Below are positions 10,050-18,670 of a stretch of DNA of 32,000 nucleotides, piece after piece. The DNA comes from Pasteurella multocida. Lineage in GTDB: Bacteria; Pseudomonadota; Gammaproteobacteria; Enterobacterales; Pasteurellaceae. The notes beneath the pieces are model-generated. The model ran no database searches. It was not told where the DNA came from and was given only the letters and a program-made list of their open reading frames with translations. Made by a program: the position numbers and the translations under genes. Every line of letters starts with the position of its first letter. The stretch's first letter is position 1. Location of the stretch: assembly GCF_900187275.1 (NCBI RefSeq), contig NZ_LT906458.1:1-32000 (forward strand), written 5' to 3'.

Positions 10050-11081
10050 CTATTTGATAAGCCATGCTGGGTCAATTTGTTCAGGCGAGAGCTCATTAAT
10101 ATTTTCTTTATAGAAAAGTATGTGCGTTTCTGCCTGACTTTTGGGTTGCCAATGTGTAAACGCAATAGGATCTTCTTTATAAATACCAATAATTGGCTTA
10201 TTAAAACCTGAAGCAATATGTACAGTAGACGTGTCTGTAGAGATTAATTGATCACAGTGGCGAATCAATTCAATGGTATGAAAGATCTTGGTTGTTGGAT
10301 GGACAAAAATATGCGGATAATCGGCTGACAATTGTGTTAATTTCTCTGTTACTTCAGGATAGCTTAATAGCACCAGACTTTTTCGCCCGCTGACTTGCGT
10401 GAGATAATCTAAATATTTTTTGATGTTGTCATCGTTTACTTTTTTGATTCTTGCAGCACCATAAAAATTAATAGCAATATACTTTTCTAGTTGGTTTTTC
10501 TGTAAAAATTCAGAAATTTCGACCGCACTTTGCTCATCAAATGGGACGTCATAGCTTATATCTTGTACCGTAATATTCACTTTTTCTAAGGCGAGTTTAT
10601 AGAGTTCAGAAAAGTGAAATTGTCCCTCCAGATTAATATTAAATAAACCATAATTGGCTTTTTGATAGCCAATATAATTCTTGGCATTGATTAAGCGTAA
10701 AAGTAAAAGATCGCGATTACGAATCATAATCGTCGGATCAATCACTAAATCATATTGTTCTTTTTGAATTGCTAGACCACATTTGATGTAATCCAAAATA
10801 CTTTTCTTTTTTACATAGTAAAGTTGATCGATATATGGATTTTGTTTAAAAAGATAAGCATTTTGTTTGGTACAAATTACACCAATTTTAATGTGGGGAT
10901 TAAATTTTTTTATCTCACGGAATACAAATGAGCTCACCACATAATCCCCAATTTTTCCATCTTGGCGGAGGAAGAGGATGCTTCTAGGAACATTTGTTAT
11001 TCTGTTTAATCCGTTTTTTTTATCAAGGAAATATTTGCCTAGATCCAACCTTAACATTTGTAATTTATTTTTTAATTTCAT
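10050..11081 (-). CDS. glycosyltransferase family 9 (LPS/LOS heptosyltransferase)
   Basis: 343 aa. GT9 features ILFLRQDGKIGDYVVSSFVFREIK and C-terminal LISTDTSTVHIASGFNKPIIGIY. First gene after fpg. By position and family it corresponds to hptE of the P. multocida L3 outer-core locus (name from memory). Confidence 0.85.
   Translation of the reverse strand: MKLKNKLQMLRLDLGKYFLDKKNGLNRITNVPRSILFLRQDGKIGDYVVSSFVFREIKKFNPHIKIGVICTKQNAYLFKQNPYIDQLYYVKKKSILDYIKCGLAIQKEQYDLVIDPTIMIRNRDLLLLRLINAKNYIGYQKANYGLFNINLEGQFHFSELYKLALEKVNITVQDISYDVPFDEQSAVEISEFLQKNQLEKYIAINFYGAARIKKVNDDNIKKYLDYLTQVSGRKSLVLLSYPEVTEKLTQLSADYPHIFVHPTTKIFHTIELIRHCDQLISTDTSTVHIASGFNKPIIGIYKEDPIAFTHWQPKSQAETHILFYKENINELSPEQIDPAWLIK
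10522..10530 (-). repeat. Hin-type USS core (ACCGCACTT on + strand)
   Basis: Exact 9-mer inside the GT9 gene. It is the last USS before a 6.2-kb gap. Confidence 0.85.
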
Positions 11082-11083
11082 TG

Positions 11084-11752
11084 TTAGCGTTGCTCCATTG
11101 CATCAATTTCTGAAATTGCTCCTTTAAATACACAAGGTGGTTCAACACCATAAGCCTTTAGTCCAGTTAATTGTAAAGCACCAGTTAAGTAGTCAGCAGG
11201 CATACGGATAGGATAGGCTATTTGTAGGAGTTTTTGAGCGCCAGATAAAGTAATTAGATAAGCTGTTGCACACATGATTGCACGTTTAGACGTTTTAGAG
11301 GGTTTACGATAGTGAACTAAACGGTAATTTTCGACAAGTGTTTTTTTCCAGCAATAACTTTTTGCTTTACCATGATCATAAAATAAAATTTCAACATTTT
11401 TTGAAACTTTCTTCAAACTGTCTTTTACAATTGCTTCGAATTCGTGCGATACAATCGCATCATCTTCAAGAATAATAGCGCGCGCTATCTTTTCATTGCA
11501 CATCATTTGGTAAATAGATAAATGGCTCATAGCACAACCTATTTCACCGACTGTCAGAGGTTTACGAGCAGCAAATCGTTGTGGGTAAAACGTGTAATCT
11601 ATGTTATTTAATTCATCCTGAGAAAGTGTTTTGCCATTAATACCATCAATAAACTTAAAGTTGAGTTTTAAACCATTTAACCGTTGAGCGATTATATCTC
11701 GTCGAGGAGAGTTTTTGAGGCTGATAACGAAAATTGGGGGGAACTGTTCCAT
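11084..11752 (-). CDS. glycosyltransferase family 25 (LOS beta-glycosyltransferase, LpsA/Lic2-like)
   Basis: 222 aa. GT25 signature IFVISLKNSPRR...GEIGCAMSHLSIYQ...IILEDDA. Separated by 2 nt from the GT9 gene, so probably one operon. Positional analogue of gctC (from memory). Confidence 0.85.
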   Translation of the reverse strand: MEQFPPIFVISLKNSPRRDIIAQRLNGLKLNFKFIDGINGKTLSQDELNNIDYTFYPQRFAARKPLTVGEIGCAMSHLSIYQMMCNEKIARAIILEDDAIVSHEFEAIVKDSLKKVSKNVEILFYDHGKAKSYCWKKTLVENYRLVHYRKPSKTSKRAIMCATAYLITLSGAQKLLQIAYPIRMPADYLTGALQLTGLKAYGVEPPCVFKGAISEIDAMEQR

Positions 11753-11773
11753 TTGATCCGTCCTTATATGTAA

Positions 11774-11800
11774 TTAAACCCTGTAAAAAACAGGGTTTAA
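11774..11800 (-). terminator. hairpin between rpmE and the downstream GT25 gene (terminator/attenuator)
   Basis: 10-bp stem TTAAACCCTG / CAGGGTTTAA with a 7-nt loop. The trailing T-tract on the minus strand is weak. Confidence 0.5.
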
Positions 11801-11814
11801 CTTAATTTCATATT

Positions 11815-12027
11815 TTATTTCGTACTTGGAATACTAAAACGTTTGTTAAAGCGTTCTACACGACCACCGGTATCAACAACACGTTGTTTACCTGTATAGA
11901 ATGGGTGGCAGTTGCCACAGACGTCTAAGTTTAAATCTTTACCCACAGTTGAGCGAGTTTTAATGACATTACCGCAAGAACATGTTGCTGTAACTTCTAC
12001 ATAATTAGGATGAATACCTTGTTTCAT
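11815..12027 (-). CDS. rpmE: 50S ribosomal protein L31 (Zn-binding C+ form)
   Basis: 70 aa, [48 protein letters not shown]. Four Cys residues are retained. Confidence 0.96.
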   Translation of the reverse strand: MKQGIHPNYVEVTATCSCGNVIKTRSTVGKDLNLDVCGNCHPFYTGKQRVVDTGGRVERFNKRFSIPSTK

Positions 12028-12129
12028 AGAAAACCTCGATTTGAAGCCACGCCGCTATCAAGTTCAAGGACTGACACCGCGTGTAATTAATATTACGCCA
12101 TAAATGGCAGTTTGTATGTAAGGGTGCAG

Positions 12130-12158
12130 ATTGTACAAAAAAAGGGACAGTCTTGCAA
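12130..12158 (-). promoter_or_regulatory. candidate sigma70 promoter of rpmE
   Basis: On the minus strand: TTGCAA (12158-12153), 17-nt spacer, TACAAT (12135-12130). Leaves a leader of roughly 95 nt. Confidence 0.5.
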
Positions 12159-12175
12159 GTGTAGGACTATTGGAA

Positions 12176-12204
12176 TGGACAGTAAAAAATGAAAGTGCTA
12201 TATT
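12176..12204 (+). promoter_or_regulatory. candidate promoter of the GT25-GT2-GT8 operon
   Basis: TGGACA (12176-12181), 17-nt spacer, TATATT (12199-12204). Divergent from the rpmE promoter. Confidence 0.4.
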
Positions 12205-12246
12205 TCAAACAATTTATTTGAGTTTTATCCCTTTAATTAATTTGTA

Positions 12247-13089
12247 ATGCCTATGACTAACTATGTAATTAGCCTTTCATCAGCCAGAGAGCGTAGACAA
12301 CACGTAATGAATGAGTTCTCTAAGCATCATGTACCGTTTCAATTTTTTGATGCAGTTAGTCCTTCTTCTCAATTAGATTTCCTTATTCAAAGATTGGTTC
12401 CAAATCTGAATGGAACATCGCTGACTGGTGGTGAAAAAGGCTGTCTAATCAGTCATGTAGCATTGTGGCATAAATGTATTCAAGATAATTTACCTTATAT
12501 CGCTATTTTTGAAGATGACATCCTTTTAGGAAGAGATGCAAGGGCGTTTTTAGCTGAAGATGAATGGCTATTTTCTCGTTTTAACTGCGATGATATTTTT
12601 ATTATTCGTTTAGAAACATTTTTGCAAGAAACAATATGTGAAGCGCTTCCTAATCCAGTGTCATATTGTGGAAGAGATTTTCTGGCCTTGAAAGATGAAC
12701 ACTTGGGAACTGCTGGCTATATCATTTCTTTGGGTGCAGCTAAATATTTATTAGAGATATTCAAAAATATGGAAAGTAATAATATCTTTCCTATCGATCA
12801 TTTGATTTTTAATCGTTTTCTTGCAGGTGAAGAATTGATGGTTTATCAACTCTCGCCTGCACTTTGTATCCAAGAGTTACAATTGAACGAAAATGAATCT
12901 CTATTGGACAGTCAGTTAGAATCTGAGCGAAAAAATTATCGATTAGCTGAAAAGGCTAGAAACAAGAAAACTTGGAGAGAAAAAGTATATCATATATTTA
13001 CTAAGCCACAGAGAATGCTAAAAAAGAGAAAAGAGCGAGCAGAAAAAAATGCAAAAATGAAATTGAAATGTATTGTGAAATTTGAATAA
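12247..13089 (+). CDS. glycosyltransferase family 25 (LOS beta-1,4-galactosyltransferase-like)
   Basis: 280 aa. YVISLSSARERR...GEKGCLISHVALW...AIFEDDILL, plus a Lys-rich C-terminal tail. The start could instead be the ATG at 12253. Positional analogue of gatF (from memory). Confidence 0.85.
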   Translation: MPMTNYVISLSSARERRQHVMNEFSKHHVPFQFFDAVSPSSQLDFLIQRLVPNLNGTSLTGGEKGCLISHVALWHKCIQDNLPYIAIFEDDILLGRDARAFLAEDEWLFSRFNCDDIFIIRLETFLQETICEALPNPVSYCGRDFLALKDEHLGTAGYIISLGAAKYLLEIFKNMESNNIFPIDHLIFNRFLAGEELMVYQLSPALCIQELQLNENESLLDSQLESERKNYRLAEKARNKKTWREKVYHIFTKPQRMLKKRKERAEKNAKMKLKCIVKFE

Positions 13090-13118
13090 AAATATCTTTT
13101 TATTTGAGGGATGTCGTT

Positions 13119-14132
13119 ATGAGCTATTTGGATCAACCATTAGTTTCAGTATTAATCTGTGCTTATAATGCAGATAAATACATAGAAGAGTGTATTGACG
13201 CGATTTTAAATCAAACATATAAAAATCTAGAAATAGTTGTTGTGAATGATGGTTCAACAGACACTACTTTGTCAAAGCTTCATTATTTTGCTGAAAAAGA
13301 TCCTAGAATTAAAATTATTAATAATGAAGAAAATAAGGGTTTCATTGTTTCGCTAAATATAGGGATTTCCTCTATCAATGGTGATTATTTAGCGCGAACA
13401 GATGCTGATGATATTACGAAACCTGAATGGATTGAAAAAATTTTAGGATATATGTTGTCTCATCCCCAAATTATTGCAATGGGATCGTATCTAACTATTT
13501 TGTCAGAAGATGGGAATGGGAGTAATTTAGCTAATTATTATGAACATGGTGACGAGTGGAGAAATCCTTTAAGTCATAGAGAGATTGTTGAGGCAATGTT
13601 ATTCCGTAATCCTATTCATAATAACTCGATGATTGTAAAAAGTACTGTCTTTAGAGAGCATGGATTACGCTTTGATCCTGCTTATCAACATACTGAAGAT
13701 TACCAATTTTGGTTAGAAGTGAGCCGTTTGGGAGAATTGGCAAATTATCCTGAATCTTTAGTTTATTATCGTCTACACAATACACAAACTTCTTCTTTAC
13801 ATAATAAATATCAAAATCTCATGGCAAAGAAAATTAGAAAAAGAGCGATCAATTATTATTTGCAAGATTTGGGTATTATTCATAGGCTAGGTGAAGATAT
13901 ATTTTTCCATGATATTAAAACGATTCAGGCAGAACTGGCTAGCTTATCACTTTTAGATAATTGTATTATTAAAAGAATACTGTATGATTGTTATTTATCA
14001 TTAGTGGATAATAAATTAATAAATATTCTTTATTTTTTGAGAGATAAAAACAATTCATATTTCAATAGAAAACAGAAAATAAAGATTATCAAAAGAATTA
14101 TCCGTCCTTATAAATATGAGTCTGTATTGTGA
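13119..14132 (+). CDS. glycosyltransferase family 2
   Basis: 337 aa from the ATG at 13119, 8 nt after GAGGG. GT-A motif VSVLICAYNADKYIEECIDAILNQTYKNLEIVVVNDGSTD and DAD (ARTDADD). The ORF-track TTG start at 13104 is probably an extension. Positional analogue of natB (from memory). Confidence 0.85.
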   Translation: MSYLDQPLVSVLICAYNADKYIEECIDAILNQTYKNLEIVVVNDGSTDTTLSKLHYFAEKDPRIKIINNEENKGFIVSLNIGISSINGDYLARTDADDITKPEWIEKILGYMLSHPQIIAMGSYLTILSEDGNGSNLANYYEHGDEWRNPLSHREIVEAMLFRNPIHNNSMIVKSTVFREHGLRFDPAYQHTEDYQFWLEVSRLGELANYPESLVYYRLHNTQTSSLHNKYQNLMAKKIRKRAINYYLQDLGIIHRLGEDIFFHDIKTIQAELASLSLLDNCIIKRILYDCYLSLVDNKLINILYFLRDKNNSYFNRKQKIKIIKRIIRPYKYESVL

Positions 14133-14140
14133 GATGATAT

Positions 14141-15049
14141 ATGAATATTTTATTTGTTTCTGATGATGTTTATGCTAAACATCTGGTGGTTGCGATTAAA
14201 AGCATTATAAATCATAATGAAAAAGGTATTTCATTTTATATTTTTGATTTGGGTATAAAGGATGAAAATAAGAGAAATATTAATGATATTGTTTCTTCTT
14301 ATGGAAGTGAAGTCAACTTTATTGCTGTGAATGAGAAAGAATTTGAGAGTTTTCCTGTTCAAATTAGTTATATTTCTTTAGCAACATATGCAAGGCTAAA
14401 AGCGGCAGAGTATTTGCCGGATAATTTAAATAAAATTATTTATTTAGATGTTGATGTTTTGGTTTTTAACTCATTAGAAATGTTATGGAATGTTGATGTT
14501 AATAATTTTCTTACCGCAGCCTGTTATGATTCTTTCATCGAAAATGAAAAGTCTGAGCATAAAAAATCGATTTCAATGTCAGATAAGGAATATTATTTTA
14601 ATGCAGGAGTAATGCTATTTAATTTAGATGAATGGCGGAAGATGGATGTATTCTCAAGAGCTTTAGACCTGTTAGCTATGTATCCTAATCAAATGATTTA
14701 TCAGGATCAAGATATATTGAATATCCTTTTTAGGAATAAAGTCTGTTATTTAGATTGCAGATTTAATTTCATGCCAAATCAACTTGAAAGAATAAAACAA
14801 TACCATAAAGGAAAATTGAGCAACTTACATTCTTTAGAAAAAACAACGATGCCTGTCGTTATTTCACATTATTGTGGTCCAGAAAAAGCGTGGCATGCGG
14901 ATTGTAAACATTTTAATGTATATTTCTATCAGAAAATATTAGCAGAAATAACGAGAGGCACGGATAAAGAACGCGTATTATCTATAAAAACTTATCTCAA
15001 GGCCTTGATTAGAAGGATTAGATATAAATTCAAATATCAAGTCTATTAA
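14141..15049 (+). CDS. glycosyltransferase family 8 (retaining LOS alpha-galactosyl/glucosyltransferase, LgtC/RfaJ-like)
   Basis: 302 aa. NILFVSDDVYAKHL, DxD motif YLDVDVLV, and YFNAGVMLFNLDEWR. Positional analogue of gatG (from memory). Confidence 0.88.
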   Translation: MNILFVSDDVYAKHLVVAIKSIINHNEKGISFYIFDLGIKDENKRNINDIVSSYGSEVNFIAVNEKEFESFPVQISYISLATYARLKAAEYLPDNLNKIIYLDVDVLVFNSLEMLWNVDVNNFLTAACYDSFIENEKSEHKKSISMSDKEYYFNAGVMLFNLDEWRKMDVFSRALDLLAMYPNQMIYQDQDILNILFRNKVCYLDCRFNFMPNQLERIKQYHKGKLSNLHSLEKTTMPVVISHYCGPEKAWHADCKHFNVYFYQKILAEITRGTDKERVLSIKTYLKALIRRIRYKFKYQVY

Positions 15050-16239
15050 CTATTGAATTTTTGCAAATGAGATAAGAGTATAGTGCTGATTTCTTCAAAG
15101 CGAAAAGGAGAAATAGCTTGTTCTAATTTATTACAATAATGGTTGTATTCATCTTGATTTTGAAGGAAAGAGAGTGTTTTTTGTATAAAAGCATTTTCGT
15201 CACCTAAATTTACTAATCCTCCAAATTCTCCTCCTCGGAGAATTTCTTTCGGACCGGTAGGGCAGTCCATGGATATTACAGGTGTACCGCAAGCCATGCT
15301 TTCTAGGATAACTGTCGGTAACCCCTCTTTCAAAGAGGTGTGTAAAAATAGCTTAGCATTTTTTATTAATGGATACGGATTATCTTTATTTCCTAAAAGA
15401 AAACAATCTTCTTGTAGATTGAGTGATTCTATTTGTTTCTCTAATTTTTCTCGACACTCACCATCCCAAACAATATATAATTTTTCTTGGATACCTCGTT
15501 TTTTTAATTGATAATAAATATTAATCATTTGTTCATGATTCTTATCTATATCTAAACGAGAAACGTTAATTAAGTATTGTTTATGATGAATGTCATGGGT
15601 ATTTTTGATTGATTGTTCCTGGATAAAATTAATATCAATAGGATTGTATAAGATATGTATTCTTTCTTCTTGGATCCCGTAAGATAGTAAGATTTTTTGA
15701 GCATTTTTTTGCATTTCTTTTGTAATTGCAAAGAAATAAGTGTGTTTAGGAAGAATGTTTTGGTACCATTCTCTTCTGTTGCACCAGTCATCTAAATGAG
15801 CTTGACCGTGTATCCAACGAATTATCGGGATGTTAATTTGATTGTTTGATAAGAAGAAATCAAGGTGTGAGTTAAAATTAACAATTAAATCAAATTCCTT
15901 GTTTTTAATGTATTTTTTTATTCTATTTTCTTCTATCTTATTAATTTTTGATAGTTTGTATTTATATATTTTTCTGAAGATGCTGCGCTGATTTATTTTA
16001 TTTTAAAATTCAGTATATTTTCTTGACTCACTATTGTCTAGAATAAAATCTATATTAATATTTTTATTGATTTGATTGATGTTTTTGTTATCTTCACCTT
16101 TATTTTCTAGTAAAAGTAATGTAACTTTGAATTCATTAAATCCAGATAGAATATTTAAATAGTTAATTAGAATTCTTTCAGCGCCTCCGACGACAAGGCT
16201 TTTATGTACAAATAGAATATTCATTTTGAACTTTTTCAT
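15046..16239 (-). pseudogene. glycosyltransferase family 4 (GT-B) gene interrupted by a single in-frame TAA at 16003-16005
   Basis: The 78-aa (16003-16239) and 222-aa (15046-15714) ORFs are in the same frame, and hand translation shows the 96 codons between them are open. N-terminal VVGGAERIL and C-terminal E-x7-E (EGLPTVILESMACGTPVIS). Positional analogue of natC (from memory). Confidence 0.8.
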
Positions 16240-16379
16240 TCCTTTTTTGTAATCAACAGGTTTTTTATTGAAGATTTGTTATGAGAAGAATTACTCTATG
16301 GCATATAATATAACAAAAATTATTCAATTTGAATGAAATGCATACAGGTTCTGTGTGAATTATTGGCAGAGTAAAAAAC

Positions 16380-18593
16380 ATGCAACTCATCCGTGTGGCA
16401 CTGGCAGTGCCGTTATATCGTTTTTTTGATTATCTTTTACCTCCCGAGCTTGATGCTGTGATTGGGGGACGTGTCGTTGTGCCTTTTGGTAGGCAACAGC
16501 GTGTTGGGATTGTGGTGGCATTGCCTGTGGAAACAGAGGTTGAAACGGCGCAATTAAAGTCAGTAATTGAGGTGTTGGATACTCAAAGCGTGTTTAATCA
16601 AGATATGTGGCAGTTATTGCATTGGGCTGCTGGCTATTATCAAACTGCATTGGGTGAAGTGTTATTTCAAGCGTTGCCTGTCAAACTTAGACAGGGGGAA
16701 AGTGCGGTTGAAAAAGCGAAAATTTTTTGGCAATTGACCGAATGTGGTCTGCAAGCATTGGCACAACACACTGACAGCGGGGAGTTTAAGCGGGCAAAAA
16801 AACAGCTTGAGGTTCTCATTGCGTTATCTCAAACCCCACTAGAAAAAGGCAATAATCCGTTTAATAGCGCGATTTTCTCAACTCTTAAACAAAAAGATTA
16901 CGTAGAAGACGTTGAGGTTCAACCGCAGTTACACGCATGGCAGACCGATTTCACCGATAAACCGATGGTGAATGACGAAAATCGATTGCGGCTAAATAAG
17001 CAACAAGCATTAGCTTTCAGTCAATTAGTGTTTCATCAAGGATTTGCGGTGTGGTTACTCGATGGTGTAACAGGGTCAGGAAAAACCGAGATTTATTTGC
17101 AACTGATTGAAGAGGTGTTGAAAAAAGGCAAACAAATATTAGTGCTTGTGCCTGAAATTGGCTTAACACCACAAACAGTACAACGTTTTGCCGCTCGTTT
17201 TCAGGTGGTGATTGATGTATTGCATTCTAATCTAAATGATACCCAACGTTTGGCAGTATGGCAGCGTGCAAGAACTGGACAAAGTGCGGTTGTCATCGGC
17301 ACAAGATCCGCATTATTTACGCAATTTGCTGATTTAGGATTGATTGTTATTGATGAAGAGCATGATGCCTCTTTCAAACAACAAGATAATTTCCGTTATC
17401 ATGCTCGTGACTTGTCGGTTGTATTGGCGAAACAGTTAAATATTCCAGTGTTAATGGGGTCAGCGACACCGAGTTTAGAAAGTCTAAATAATGTTCATAA
17501 TGGCAAGTATCGCCATATTATTTTATCAAACAGAGCGGGTAATGCTGCATTACTACGTCATTCTGTGATCGACTTAAAGCAACAAGTTGTGCGTAATGGC
17601 TTATCTGAAGCGTTGTTACAGCGAATGGAAAAGCACCTACAAAAAGGTAACCAAGTGTTACTTTTTTTAAATCGGCGTGGTTTTGCTCCTGTGATGTTAT
17701 GCCATGAATGTGGGTGGATTGCCGAATGCCAACATTGTGAGAAACCTTATACTTATCATCAACATCAGCGTGCTTTACGCTGTCATCACTGTGCGGCACA
17801 AAAACCGATTCCGCGGCAGTGTGGGCATTGTGGGTCCACACATTTGATCACCACTGGGTTAGGAACTGAGCAATTAGAGCAAACTTTAGCAAGTCGTTTT
17901 CCACAATATCAAATTACGCGTATTGATCGTGATAGTACGGCACGAAAAGGCAAATTAGAGGATTATCTCACCGATATTCAACAGGGGAAAAGTCAGATTC
18001 TGATTGGTACACAAATGCTCGCAAAAGGACACCATTTTCCTAATGTGACGTTGGTGGCGTTAGTGAACGTGGATAGTGCCTTATTCTCTTTAGATTTTCG
18101 TGCAGAAGAGCGCTTGGCACAACTTTATGTACAAGTGGCAGGTCGTGCAGGTCGTGTGGAGAAACAAGGGGAAGTGGTGCTACAAACCCATTACCCAGAT
18201 CATCCATTATTACAGCGTTTGTTGCAGCAAGGTTATGCAGATTTTGCAGAGTACGCGTTACAATTACGACAAAAAATGGGCTTGCCACCGTTTAGTGCAC
18301 AAGCATTGTTTAAAGCACAAAGCCGGCATTCAGAAGACGCCGAGCAAGTCTTGCAGCAAGTTGCTGAGTATTTTTACACTTGGAATCAAAGCTCGCAGTG
18401 TGCGATACAAATTTTAGGACCGATTGCGGCACCTTTCAGTAAAAAAGCTGGTCAATATCGTTGGCAATTATTGCTACAACATCCTTCCAGAGCCCAGTTA
18501 CACCATGCCTTATCGGCATTTCAAGCAACATCAACGATTAAATTCGGTTCAGTACGTTGTGTATTAGATGTGGATCCTATTGATTTAAATTAG
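16380..18593 (+). CDS. priA: primosomal replication restart helicase PriA
   Basis: 737 aa. N-terminus VALAVPLYRFFDYLLP, Walker A GVTGSGKTEIY, DEEH box, and Cys-rich zinc-binding insert (CHECGWIAECQHCEKPYTYHQHQRALRCHHCAAQ). Confidence 0.97.
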   Translation: MQLIRVALAVPLYRFFDYLLPPELDAVIGGRVVVPFGRQQRVGIVVALPVETEVETAQLKSVIEVLDTQSVFNQDMWQLLHWAAGYYQTALGEVLFQALPVKLRQGESAVEKAKIFWQLTECGLQALAQHTDSGEFKRAKKQLEVLIALSQTPLEKGNNPFNSAIFSTLKQKDYVEDVEVQPQLHAWQTDFTDKPMVNDENRLRLNKQQALAFSQLVFHQGFAVWLLDGVTGSGKTEIYLQLIEEVLKKGKQILVLVPEIGLTPQTVQRFAARFQVVIDVLHSNLNDTQRLAVWQRARTGQSAVVIGTRSALFTQFADLGLIVIDEEHDASFKQQDNFRYHARDLSVVLAKQLNIPVLMGSATPSLESLNNVHNGKYRHIILSNRAGNAALLRHSVIDLKQQVVRNGLSEALLQRMEKHLQKGNQVLLFLNRRGFAPVMLCHECGWIAECQHCEKPYTYHQHQRALRCHHCAAQKPIPRQCGHCGSTHLITTGLGTEQLEQTLASRFPQYQITRIDRDSTARKGKLEDYLTDIQQGKSQILIGTQMLAKGHHFPNVTLVALVNVDSALFSLDFRAEERLAQLYVQVAGRAGRVEKQGEVVLQTHYPDHPLLQRLLQQGYADFAEYALQLRQKMGLPPFSAQALFKAQSRHSEDAEQVLQQVAEYFYTWNQSSQCAIQILGPIAAPFSKKAGQYRWQLLLQHPSRAQLHHALSAFQATSTIKFGSVRCVLDVDPIDLN
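16700..16708 (+). repeat. Hin-type USS core AAGTGCGGT
   Basis: Exact 9-mer inside priA. Confidence 0.85.
17282..17290 (+). repeat. Hin-type USS core AAGTGCGGT
   Basis: Exact 9-mer inside priA. Confidence 0.85.
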
Positions 18594-18600
18594 CTTGTGT

Positions 18601-18629
18601 TTGAGTTATAAGGGATTTTTCAGTAGAAT
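18601..18629 (+). promoter_or_regulatory. candidate sigma70 promoter of ftsN-like gene
   Basis: TTGAGT (18601-18606), 17-nt spacer, TAGAAT (18624-18629). Confidence 0.45.
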
Positions 18630-18670
18630 TGTGCCAATTTTTATGAATGTTTTTAGGAATAGGTTTTAGC

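Noticed and set aside
11014-11021. Homopolymer T8 (A8 on the coding strand, codons ~20-23 of the GT9 heptosyltransferase), and T7 runs at 11341-11347 and 15704-15710, considered as phase-variation tracts
   Set aside because: Runs of 7-8 A/T are expected by chance in DNA this AT-rich. They are shorter than tracts known to drive phase variation. No tetranucleotide repeats like those in H. influenzae lic/lgtC genes are present.
15570-15791. 73-aa minus-strand ORF within the GT4 pseudogene region
   Set aside because: It is an alternative frame overlapping the continuous GT4 reading frame. I initially considered it evidence for a frameshift, but hand translation shows the GT4 frame is unbroken apart from the single TAA.
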